Shown one piece after another: positions 1 through 10,484 of a DNA stretch of 64,000 nucleotides; within the stretch, counting starts at the first letter, position 1; each line of letters starts with the position of its first letter. The translations under genes were made by a program, and so were the position numbers. The stretch covers positions 8,925,728 through 8,989,727 of the forward strand of contig NC_057754.1 of the NCBI RefSeq assembly GCF_004010195.1, in the 5' to 3' direction. Source of the stretch: Chiloscyllium plagiosum (Eukaryota). The notes under the pieces are model-generated. The model was not told where the DNA came from. It saw only the letters and a list, made by a program, of their open reading frames with translations, and did not search any database.

Positions 1-634
1 CTCTCTATCTTCAATCCTCTCATGCTAGTCTCCACGTCAAGGAATTTCAGAAGCCACTCTTCAACAAATTCCGCAGGCCGCTCACCTTCCTTACCCTCGG
101 GCAGACCGATGATCTGAATGTTTTTTCTCCTGCCCCTGTTTTCAAGATCATCCACTTGGTCACGCAAATTACGAACCTGCGTCTTCAGGGCTTGGATCTC
201 TTCCTTGAATGAACTGGCATCAGCTTCCACCACTGTGACCATGTGCTCCGCCTCATCCGTCCTCTTCTCCAGGTCTCCCAGCTGCTGCTCATGCTTCTGC
301 AGCTTGAGAGAGACTGGAGCCATGGTTTCCCCAACATCTCCCAAGATTTCGAGAGCTGGTTCACCAGGACCTGGAGAGTAATCGGCTCCGGGGCTGCTGC
401 AGGCTGAGCTGCAGGCCCGGCCTCGGATGCTCCTCCTCCCTTTTTAGGCATTTCTGGACAGCTGAAAATACAGGTAAGTCAATTTTTAAATGTTTCTTGG
501 GGCTCCACAATCTTTCCAACGCCCCAAGAAATCCTGATGACCTGGGTTGGGTGGGTTAAAGGACCGTCCTGCTCCTGCTGTGATGCGAAGCTCTGCAGTG
601 TGATCTTCTCAGATCGCCGCCATCTTAGATCCCC
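1..634 (-). mobile_element. L1 (LINE-1 clade) 5' end: 5'UTR plus frameshifted ORF1, running off the window start
   Basis: Minus strand reads MPKKGG... from 451. After a frameshift near 330 it reads a coiled coil ending ...DQVDDLENRGRRKNIQIIGLPEGKEGERPAEFVEEWL, the typical L1 ORF1 RRM entry motif. The 5' terminus GGGATCTAAGATGGCGGCG (about 616-634) carries a YY1-type AAGATGGCG motif. Confidence 0.85.
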
Positions 635-635
635 A

Positions 636-1160
636 CCAAATGCCTTTTAAATGTTGCAATTGTACCAGCCTCCACCACCTCCTCTGGCAGCTCATTCCAT
701 ACACGTACTCATCTTCTTAAAATCTTTCTCCTCTCAACTTAAAAATATGCCCCCTGCCATTCACCTTATCTATACCCCTCATTATTTTATAAACCTCAAT
801 TAGGTCACCTCTTAATCTCCTACACTCCAGTGAAAAAAGTCTCAGGCGATCCAGCCTCACTCAAACCGTCCTTTCCTGGCAACATCCTGGTAAATCTCTT
901 CTAAACCCCCTCCATATTAATATCCTTCCCATAACAGGGCAACCAGAATTGGAAACAGTACTCCAGAAGAGTCCTCACCAACATCCTGTACAACCTCAAC
1001 TCCTATATTCAGAGGTCTGAGCAATGCAGGAAAGTATGCTAAATGCCTTCTTGACCACCTTATCTATCTGTCATACAAACAATCAAAGAATTATGTACCT
1101 GAACCACTAGGTGTCTCTGTTCTGCAGCATTTCCCAAGCCGTACTTTTAATTGTATAAGT
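636..1160 (-). mobile_element. CR1-clade LINE 3' fragment (decayed)
   Basis: Homologous to the CR1 ORF2 C-terminal/3' sequence repeated elsewhere in the window (e.g. 12100-12750); interrupted on its left by the L1. Confidence 0.8.
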
Positions 1161-1166
1161 CTTTTT

Positions 1167-1783
1167 TTTAGATTCCCTACAGTGTGAAACAGGCCCTTCG
1201 ACCCAACCAGTCCACACCAACCCTCCGAAGAGTAACCCATTCAGACCCATTTCCAGACGTGATTAGATTACTTACAGTGTGGAAACTGGCCCTTCGGCCC
1301 AACAAGCCCACACCGACCCCTGAAGCGCAACCCGCCCAGACCCATTCCCCTACATTTACCCCTTCACCTAACACTACGGGCAATCTAGCATAGCTAATTC
1401 ATCTAACCTGCACATTTTTGGATTGTGGGAGGAAACCGGAGCACCCGGAGGGAACCCACACAGACACGGGGAGAATGTGCAAACTCTACACAGAGAGTCA
1501 CCTGAGGTGGGAATTGAACCCAGGTCTCTGGCGCCGTGAGGCAGCAGTGCTAACCACTGTGCCACCGTGTTCCCTCTGACTAATGCACCTAACACTATGG
1601 GCAATTTAGTATGGCCAATTCACCTGACCTGCACTTTCTTTGGACTGTGGGAGAAAACCGGAGCACCCGGAAGAAACCTGTGCAGACATGGGGAGAATGT
1701 GCAAACTCCACACAGACAGTCGCCCGAGACTGGAATTGAACCTGGTACCCTAGTGATGTGAGGCAGCAGTGCTAACCACTGAG
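1167..1783 (-). mobile_element. HE1-type V-SINE (older copy, split by a nested SINE)
   Basis: 3' part at 1167-1255 and 5' part at 1570-1783. It has a tRNA-derived head (GTGGTTAGCACTGCTGCC), the V-domain TGTGTGGAGTTTGCACATTCTCCCC and a CR1-like tail. Confidence 0.85.
1259..1569 (-). mobile_element. HE1-type V-SINE (younger, nested in the older copy)
   Basis: Full-length head-to-tail copy, CpG-rich, ending in GTAAGTAATCTAATC; closely similar to the copies at 8930-9242, 45509-45803 and 62091-62423. Confidence 0.9.
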
Positions 1784-1784
1784 G

Positions 1785-2840
1785 CATCTTGTCTTTATTC
1801 GTATTACCAAAACATAATACCTCACATACATCCAAATTAAACTCCATCTCCCACTCTTCAGCCCATAGACCCAACTGATCACAATTTCTTTGTAATCTTA
1901 AATAATCTTCTTCTGAAAACTCACTAATCTTCTTCACTGTCCACTATACCACCAATCCTGGTGTCGTCCGCAAGCTTACTAACCATGTCTTCTATATTCT
2001 CATCTAAATCATTTATATAAATGACAAACAAAAATGGACCCAGCACTGATCCCTGCAGTACATAGCTCGTTACTGGTTTCCCATCAGTAAAACAACCCTC
2101 CACCGTCACTCTCCATCTCCTGTCATTTAACCAATTTTGTATTCGATTAGCAAGTTCACCATTAATCCCACATGATCTAACTTTACTAATTAATCTATCA
2201 CGCAGAACCTTGTCAAAGGCTTTACTAAAATCCAAGTAAACAATGTCCACCACTCTGCCCTCGTCAATCTTTGTATTTTGTTCCTCAAAAACCTCAATCA
2301 AATTTGTGAGACATGATTTCCCTTACATGGACCCATGCATACTGTCCCTAATCATTCCTTACATCTCCATATGCATATAAATCTTATGTTTCAGAATCAT
2401 TTCTAGCAACATCTGGGGCAGCACAGTGGTTCAGTGGTTAGCATTGCTGTCTCACAGCGCGAGAGACCTGGGTTTGATTCCAGCCTAGCGTGACTGTCTG
2501 TGTGGAGTTTTCACATTGTCCCTGTGGGTTCCCTTACACAATCCAAAAATGTGTAGGTTAGGTGTATTAATTAGGAGTAAATGTAGACTAATAGGATGGG
2601 GAATGTGTCTGAGTGGGTACTCTTTGGAGGGTAGGTGTGGACTTGTTGGACTGAAGGGCCTGTTTCCACATTGTAGAGATTCTATGATATTCAAGAACCA
2701 TCACCAAAGTCAGACTCACAGGTCTATAGTTCATAGGTTTTCCTTGAATCTCTTCTTAAACACAGGCACAACATTAATCACACTCCAGTCATTCAGTGCC
2801 TCACCCATGTTTACAGACAACACAAATATTTTTGCAGTCA
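1785..2840 (-). mobile_element. CR1 LINE reverse-transcriptase fragment (interrupted by SINE 2415-2690)
   Basis: ORF 1924-2301 contains VDIVYLDFSKAFDKV, QGSVLGPFLFVIYINDLD and SKLADDT. Confidence 0.85.
2415..2690 (+). mobile_element. HE1-type V-SINE (decayed)
   Basis: Head GGCAGCACAGTGGTTCAGTGGTTAGCA, V-domain remnant and tail GAAGGGCCTGTTTCCACA. Confidence 0.85.
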
Positions 2841-3130
2841 CCAGCAAACATCCCCACTTCTGGACTTATGATGGAGGGAAGGTCATTGATGAAGCAGCTA
2901 AAGATGGTTGGGCCTAGGAAAATACCCTAAATAACTCCTGCAGAGATGCCCTGGAACTGAGATGATTGACCCTCAACAACCACGACCATCTTCCTATGTG
3001 TGACTGTAACCATCAAAGAGTTTGCTCTCTGAAACCCATTGATTATAGTTTTGCCAGGGCTCCTTGATGCCACACTCTGTTGAATGCAGCCTTGATGTCA
3101 AGGGCCGTCACTCTCACTTCACCTGTGGCA
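2841..3130 (-). mobile_element. non-LTR retrotransposon RT fragment (second LINE family)
   Basis: GEVRVTALDIKAAFNRVWHQGALAKL followed by a QG--LGP region; a related fragment lies at 15290-15570. Confidence 0.7.
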
Positions 3131-3410
3131 TGTGACGCTGTGATTTTCAGCATGATGATGATGGAACAGAAGTATACATCAAACTCAACAGAACTAATTT
3201 GTATTTCTATCACAATTTTAATGGAATATAATGGCCTGAAGGCTTTCACAGGAATTTTACAAAGCAATGTTGGACAATGAGCCATGTAAGAATATACGTA
3301 AGCAGACTAAATGGTTGGTCATGCAGGGAAGTTTTAATGAGAACCTTAAAGGAAAGTGAGGTGGGAAGGTTAAGGAGAAAATTCCACAACTTGGGCTGAA
3401 AGAACAGCCA

Positions 3411-3630
3411 GGAGAAAGTGAGGACTGCAGATACTGGAGATCAGAGTTAAGAGCATATTGCTGGAAAAGCACAGCAGGTCAGGCAGCATCCGAGGAGCAG
3501 GAGAATCAATGTTTCGGGCATAAGCCCTTCATCAGGAACAAAATAGATTCCTGATGTCCGAAATATTGATTCTCCTGCTCCTTGGATGCTGCCTGACCTG
3601 CTGTGCTTTTCCAGCACCACACTGTCGAGT
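3411..3630. mobile_element. Penelope-like element terminal fragment in fold-back form, with hammerhead motif and 15-bp TSD
   Basis: TSD CTGAAAGAACAGCCA at 3396-3410 and 3631-3645. Inverted arms surround about 3540-3548. Minus-strand CTGATGAAGGGCTTATGCCCGAAACATT at 3508-3535. Confidence 0.85.
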
Positions 3631-6600
3631 CTGAAAGAACAGCCACCTTTGGTGTAGTGATTAAAATCAGGAAAGTTCCAGAGGCTTGAATTCTATGAGC
3701 ACAGAGATCTCAGAGTACTGTGGGACCGGAGGGGTGACCACATCCTTGGAGAAAAACACAGATGAGAACTTAAAACACGGTGACTCTGGACCCCCTTGTT
3801 CCCTGTTGACTGGGCCATCGCCATGCAGTCCTGGCCACCTCCCATATTTGACCCACCAGTTTCTTGAGCTCATCGAAAGATCCGTTGCCCAAATCCTAAC
3901 ACAGTTAATATTAGAGTTAGGTTTATTGTGTACCGAAGTTACAAAACAACATGGGTACAGTGAAACAACATGGCACACAGCGTCATCTTGGGTGTAAAGT
4001 ACCTCGGCACAAAAAAGATAGAGAAAATAAAGAAAAAACGTTATACTACATTAGACATATGCATAGTATAAGATAAATTAGGAAAATAAGAAATAAGGCT
4101 AGAGAGATAGACATTACACTCTTTCTAGAAACACTTTCATGTGGTCCGACCGGGCCCCACTATTGCCCAACCAAAAGCTACCTCCGCTTCAGGATGCAGG
4201 CTGCCATTCCCTCAGTGCTCTGCTCTGGGCCACTGGCTGCCCCCGATTTGCTGCTGCCCCTCAGGCTGCCATCCCCGCTCTGTGTCACTGCTGTCCCCGC
4301 ACTGCTGCAGGCCCATTGGCCACTGTCCCCACTATGCCATGGACCGCTGGCCAAAGAGGAAAAAAGACAGAGGAGAGAAAAAGAGGAGACAAGAAAAGGA
4401 ATTGACGGGACAGACCTTCAATATTCTACCCTATTCGCATATCACCCTAGTGCTCTTCAAGTCTCCTAACAACATCTCAGATTTAATGTTATCATCACTG
4501 TTTTCAATTTCTGTATGGTCCTTCTCACTCCCAGTGTTTGTGAAATCCTCCAGCTCCCAGCCCTCTAAGATACCTGTCCTAACATTGACCTCTTGCACAA
4601 CCAATATTTTAGCTACACCATTGGTAGCTGTACTTTTAGCTGCTGAAATCTTGTTGCAGTTTAATTCCCTTCTTAAAGAACTTAACCTGTCAACCTCTCT
4701 ATGCCCTTCTTAAGACGTCCCTTAAAATTTATCTTTTAATCATGGTTATGCCCTATTTTTCCTTTTTGTGACTCTGCAATACTGTTTGATAACTCTGCTC
4801 AGGATATTTTACTGAGGTAGAAGTGCATCATGAAGTTGCACATGTTGAAACCATAATTATTTTTCTTTATTTCTCATTTTTGGTTTGGAACTATAGTTAA
4901 GAATTGATTTTGAACAGCAAATTGTTTTATTTTAAAGGAGAGAGCGCAAGACCGGTGTTTGCTGTTGGGAACTGGCCTGGAAAGATAATGAACATACTGC
5001 TTTCAGAATACTGCAGATAGACCAGTACCAAGATATTGATATGCCCCAGGGATGTTGAATTATTCAGTCAAGGGAGGACCAGTGCTGGCCAGCCAACCAC
5101 AGAGAAAAGCCAAAGGGGGTCTTGATTTTGACTTGTTTTTCAGCAGGAGGCAGTCTTGCTTTGGAAGCTGCAATTTTGTTTTGCTCTCTTCAGTTATTGA
5201 CTTTTTCAAAGTCCTGAGAAAAGAATCCCAGTCTGTAAAAAAATCAGGAAAAGCTTCTGGAAGTTTGCACAAGCTGTTTGTATTAACTGGTGACTTCAGA
5301 ATTCAAACAAGACATCTTATATAACCTAATAGATTTTGTGAAAGCTTGGCATTGTTGAAATGGTTACAAACTGGCGAATTATGATTATTTTTAAAAATAT
5401 ATTCCTAAATATTAAAAATGTCGGTCTTTGTGAAAGTAATGTTTGGTGATGAAAGAAGCTTAGATTATGGATATTAATTAGATTGCCTTGACGTTCATTT
5501 GGGTTCTTTAGAGAAACATTCTTGATAATAAATTGTTAGTTTTTGTTTTAAGTCACAAACCTGATGTCCATGGTTAGTCATTTGTAAAGTCTGACTAGAA
5601 ACAGTTGGCCAATTTTTAGGGTTGTCAAGTGATTCCATTTCACAGGGTTGTGAATCAAGTGTTAGCAAGTCTGATTTGGACTGGCTTGTATCCCTCTGGG
5701 GCTTGGGGTCTGGAATCTTGGAACTTGATTGCATTTTAAATAAATTAGTGGAGTCAAAGACCCATATTTGGGAAGCTTTCCCTGTTCAAAAGAATAGGGA
5801 AGAAAGTAATAGAGGAAGGAATTAATGTGGGAAATGTTAAATAGATAATGACAAGAATGGACAGGTCTAAGAGCAAATCAGCAGATAAGGCTAGAGGTTA
5901 TAAAATGAATAAAGGACAACACTTAAGGTATTGTATTTGAATGCATATAGCATTTGAAACAAACAGATGAATTAGTAGTACAAATTAAGATTAAAATCAG
6001 CTGTTACTGCGTTGTGGCTGCATGATGACATGGATTGGGATCTCAAAAGCTTCTGAAGAATATATGATATTTCAGAAGGATAGGGAGCTGAGAATGCTTG
6101 GAGGAGTGGCTCTTTTAATTAAAAGATAAACGAGCACAATAGAGAGGGATGACCTAAATTCAGGAAACCAGGTTATAGAAGCAGTCTGGATAGATGTGAG
6201 GAATGATAAAGGCAAGAGGTAACTTATGGGAGTTGTGTACTGTCCCCTCACAATAACTACATGGTAGGACAAGGTGTCAAAGAAGAAATAATGGGAGCAA
6301 CAATTATTATGGGGTACATTAATGTAAATATAGACTGGAACATTCAGATGGAAACATATAATCCAGATGAGGAATTCATTAAATATTGTCAGATCAATTT
6401 CTTAGACCAGCATTGTATATCACTAACCAGACATCAGGCTAAACTATACCTGGTTTCGACCAAGGAGATAGGATTTGCAACTGACCTCATAGTGAAAACA
6501 CCTCTGGATAGCAGTAACAATAATATGGTTGAATATTACCTACTGTTTAAGGGTAAAACGTGTGGGTAACAAGACTATTATTTTGAATTTAAGCAAGGGC

Positions 6601-7054
6601 AATTATGAGGCTTTGAAAGCAGAGCTAGTGAAAGTGAATTGGAAATTTAAGTTTTGGCTTAGATCAATAAAGATGCAATGGTACGTATTTAAAGGTATGT
6701 TCCAGAAAGCACAGAAAATCTAAGGGACAGACCCATCACCTGTGGTTAAATAAAAAAGTTAAAGATAGAATCAAAGTAAAAGAAAATATGCAATTGTGTA
6801 AAGATAGATGAAAGGTCAGAAGATTGGACAGAATATAAAAAATCTTAAAAAAAAAGCAAAACATTATTAAAAGATTAATACCTAGGGAAGAAATCAGATT
6901 ACAAAAGTTAGCAAAAAATTATAAAAACAATGAGGAAACGTTTCTTCAGAAAGGAGAATTAACAAAGTAAGTATTGGTCCTGTAGAAAATGAGTCTTGAA
7001 CTTAGTAATGGAGGACAAAGAAATGGCAGTCAAATTGAACAGATAGTTTGCACT

Positions 7055-7287
7055 CAAAAGAGAAAACGCTGGAAAATCTCAGCAGGTCTGGCAGCATCTG
7101 TAAGGAGAGAAAAGAGCTGACGTTTCGAGTCTAACTGACCCTTTGTCAAAGCTTTGACAGAGGGTCAGTTAGCCTCGAAATGTCAGCTTTTTTCTCTCCT
7201 TACCGATGCTGCCAGACCTGCTGAGATTTTCCAGCATTTTCTCTTTTGGTTTCAGATTCCAGCATCCGCAGTAATTTGCTTTTATTT
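7055..7287. mobile_element. Penelope-like fold-back insertion (near-perfect ~190-nt palindrome) with 14-bp TSD
   Basis: TSD AGATAGTTTGCACT at 7041-7054 and 7288-7301. The palindrome centre is GTCAAAGCTTTGAC at about 7145-7158. The tail GATGCTGCCAGACCTGCTGAGATTTTCCAGCA...TCCAGCATCCGCAG resembles the other Penelope ends. Confidence 0.85.
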
Positions 7288-7796
7288 AGATAGTTTGCAC
7301 TGGTCTTCACAAGACAGGATATAAGTAACGTCCCTGTTTCAGGAGTTGAAAGGGGGTGGGGGGGGAAAGAGTTCAGGAAACTTACAATTACCATAGAAGC
7401 AATACTCTGTAAATCATTGGAACAGTAGTCGATAAATCAGCAGATCCTGACGGATTTCATCCTAGGGTCTTAAAAGAAGTAGCTGGTGAGATAGTTGGTA
7501 CATGAGTTATACTTTTCTAAAACTCATGATATTTGAGGAAGATACAGTTAAAATGGAATATAACTAATGTACCTTCTTCATTCAAAAAGCAAGGCAGAAA
7601 GTAGGAAACTACAGGCCAGCTAATTTTACATCTGTCACAGGAAATATGTTAGAAGCTATCCCTAAGGCATAATGATAAGGCACTTGGATAAGATCAAGCT
7701 AATCAGACACATGAAACATGTTTTTGTGAGAGGGAAATCACATTTATTTAATTTGTTGGAGAGAAACTTCAAAATGCTTCAGTGCAAAAGTAGAAT

Positions 7797-8105
7797 TATA
7801 GAATCCCTACAGTGTGGTAACATGCCCTTCAGCCCACCAAGTTCACACTGACCCTCCGGAGTTCACACTAGTTCACACTAACTCACCCAGACCCATTTGC
7901 CTATTCCTCTACATTTACCCCTGACTAACGCCCCTATCCTACACATCCCTGAACACTATAGGCAATTTAGCATGGCCAATTCACCTAAGCTGCACATCTT
8001 TGGATTGTGGGAGGAAACTAGAGCACTCGGCAAAAACCCACACAGGCATGGGGAGAATGTGCAAACTCCTGTAAGGCAGCAATGCTAACCACTGAGCCAC
8101 CGCAC
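7797..8105 (-). mobile_element. HE1-type V-SINE
   Basis: Head, V-domain and tail are recognisable; there is an internal deletion in the head. Confidence 0.85.
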
Positions 8106-8349
8106 CGCCCCTCCCCTGTTGCTGCAGCTGTATAGGGCATTTCTGATACTGCAGCTGGAGTACTGTGTATAGTTTTGATCCCCAAGAATATAATTGCATT
8201 GGATGCAGATCAGAGAAAGTTCACTAGATTCATTCCAGAGATGAAAGGTTTATAAAACATTGACCAGTTTAGGATTACGCTCGCTGTACATCCCTCTGTG
8301 ACTGAGCATATGAGGTCAATGGTGGTTTTTTCATCCATTCCCTTCCTTA

Positions 8350-8790
8350 CTATTGTTCTGGTACCCAGAGCGCAGGCGCAGGAGCAGGAACGGCATGTGC
8401 TCGGAGCATGCTCAGTCTCCGCCACGGGGCCAGCTCCAGGAAGAGTGGACATTTCGGGCGGCGGGAGGAGACATGGTAGGAATGGAAACCGCGGCGCTGC
8501 GGCCTGGCAGATTTATCAATTACTGGATGGCAGGGGCGGGGGATCTGACTGCCCAAATAAGCGCAAATAGGCCCTGCGTTTAATCCTGCGAGCGGGCACA
8601 GGGCCCAGGGGAGCCGTCTCACTGACCGCCATCTTATGAGAGGGAATCGGGGCGCGCAGGAAGGCGGGGCTTCCTCCCGGGGTGAGACCGGGTTACCCAG
8701 GCAACCGGCCGTCATCTTGGTAAAGGAATGACCCTGGTCACCGGCCGCCTGCCATCTTGGTGAGGGATTTTTTTTCACAGGCTGCTGCCT
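8350..8790 (+). promoter_or_regulatory. CpG-rich promoter/first-exon region, probably of ZNF gene 1
   Basis: High GC and CpG against a CpG-poor background. NRF1-like GCGCAGGCGCA at 8370-8380, YY1-like GCCATCTT at 8628 and 8751, GC boxes and candidate GTGAG donors. It lies 1.4 kb upstream of the ZNF exon acceptor (TTTTACAG, 10149-10156). Confidence 0.7.
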
Positions 8791-8929
8791 TTGGTTTTTC
8801 CAGTCAGCGCAAGCATGTTTAAAAAAGTATTAAAATATGCAAAAAAAATCAATATTTTTTCTAATAAGCAATGTTTCCTTTAGTTATTTTCATCTTTTGG
8901 TTAGGTGTTTAACACTTGCGTTAACATAT

Positions 8930-9242
8930 TTAGATTAGATTACTTACAGTGTGGAAACAGGCCCTTCGGCCCAACAAGTCCACACCGACCCGCCGAAGCG
9001 CAACCCATCCATACCCCTACATTTACCCCTTTAACCTAACACTACGGGCAATTAGCATGGCCAATTCACCTGACCCGCACATCTTTTGACTGTGGGAGGA
9101 AACCGGAGCACCCAGAGGAAACCCATGCAGACACGGGGAGAACGTGCAAACTCCATACAGGCAGTCGCCTGAGTCGGGAATTGAACCCGGGTCTCTGGCG
9201 CTGTGAGGCAGCAGTGCTAACCACTGTGCCACCGTGCTGCCC
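8930..9242 (-). mobile_element. HE1-type V-SINE (young, full length)
   Basis: Complete head GGGCAGCACGGTGGCACAGTGGTTAGC, V-domain and (ATCTA)n tail. Confidence 0.9.
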
Positions 9243-9592
9243 GTTGAAATTCAATGCTGTGGATCTGCAAGGTTCGAGGTGTCAGTTCTTTTTGACTCCA
9301 GATGAAGCAATACAATGTGCATTCTAGCGCTCTGTTATACGCAAGCGAAGAATAAACCTACTTGATTGATTATTTTCCCTTCATGGATAATTTAAAAAAA
9401 AATTGTAGACGGTCGTTAGATTTTGTTTTAGCAATCTTTCTTTCAATTTAATTGAAAAATTTCCCCCAAAAAACAGGTTGTCCCTGGGCCCATAGATTCT
9501 TCCAGTTTGAGAAGCTGAAGCCCCTGTCCTGTGGCTCAAAGGTGCTGTTGCTCAACGCTTGGTGACACCTCGTCCCCGGCTGATGTGGAGGG

Positions 9593-9688
9593 GGTAAAAA
9601 CAATGACAGCAGATGCTGGAAACCAGATTCTGGATTAGTGGTGCTGGAAGAGCCCAGCAGTTCAGGCAGCATCCGAGGAGCAGTAAAA
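9593..9688 (-). mobile_element. Penelope-like 3' end fragment
   Basis: Reverse complement of the tail also seen at 22995-23084. Confidence 0.8.
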
Positions 9689-10484
9689 TGTGAAGGGGAC
9701 TGGGTTACATTAGAGTTTCTTCTCCCGGACCACGCTCTTGGTCATGGTTCACCCAGCCATTTGTAAATCCAGGATCAGTGTTTGCCAAAGTAGGTGAGTG
9801 CTGGGAGAGTGGGGTATAGTTTGGGATTGCTCTGGCTGGTGGTCTGTTTTCCATGATTCATCTCATGGCCAGGTGCCCCTGGAGTCAGAAGTGTATAGAG
9901 TTCACTGGTATGCTCCTTCCACAGGTGGAGGGAGTCGGAGTGTCTCGTGGATACTGGGAACAAATTCTAGTTCAGCTGGTCATGTTTAATTTTCTTATTT
10001 CAGGATTAGTTGCTGATATTGGCTTATTTTAGTTTGATTGAACCATACGTTTATTGGAACAAGAAGGGAAAGGCAGTTCATGATAATTAGAGTGGTCAGT
10101 TGTGAATTTCTGTCTAGGCCTGATAGTGATACTGACACTGTCAATTCCTTTTACAGGCAGAAACTCCAATCAGACATCAGATCAACATGTGACTGTGCCA
10201 TTCAAATCACTGAATATAATTCGCTTTTGAATATGGAGGGAGATATGCTTGTCTGCTCTGTTTGTAGGTAAATACTAAAAACATCAGTGTGACTGGAAAA
10301 GGCACCAAAACACACACACCTGAAAGCAGATATTCCAGTGCGCTGTGTGAAAAGAATTTTAACCAGTTACTCGGCCTGAAAAAGCAATGTAACCATTCAC
10401 AGCAGGGAGAAACCTTACATGTGTTCTGTGTTCAAGGTTTTAACTGATCATCTGACCTACAGAGTCCCAACAATACTCAGCACC

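Larger units (their letters stand above)
5850..8280 (+). mobile_element. old CR1-clade LINE ORF2 (endonuclease to RT start), heavily decayed, with later insertions
   Basis: Degenerate APE motifs (YLNA-SI, GVVYCP, IIMGYIN, LDSSNNNMVEY) and GNYRP-like/KHVFVRGKSHL sequence near 7600-7750. Confidence 0.7.

Noticed and set aside
4141..4713. 190-aa ORF and overlapping ORFs
   Set aside because: No recognisable domain; low-complexity GC-rich repeat sequence running across an element boundary.
4900..5730. possible old solo LTR (a similar impression at about 52610-53520)
   Set aside because: No convincing TG...CA termini with TSD and no second copy in the window.
8210..8778. several 76-142 aa ORFs in the CpG island
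   Set aside because: Expected by chance in GC-rich promoter DNA; no protein motifs.
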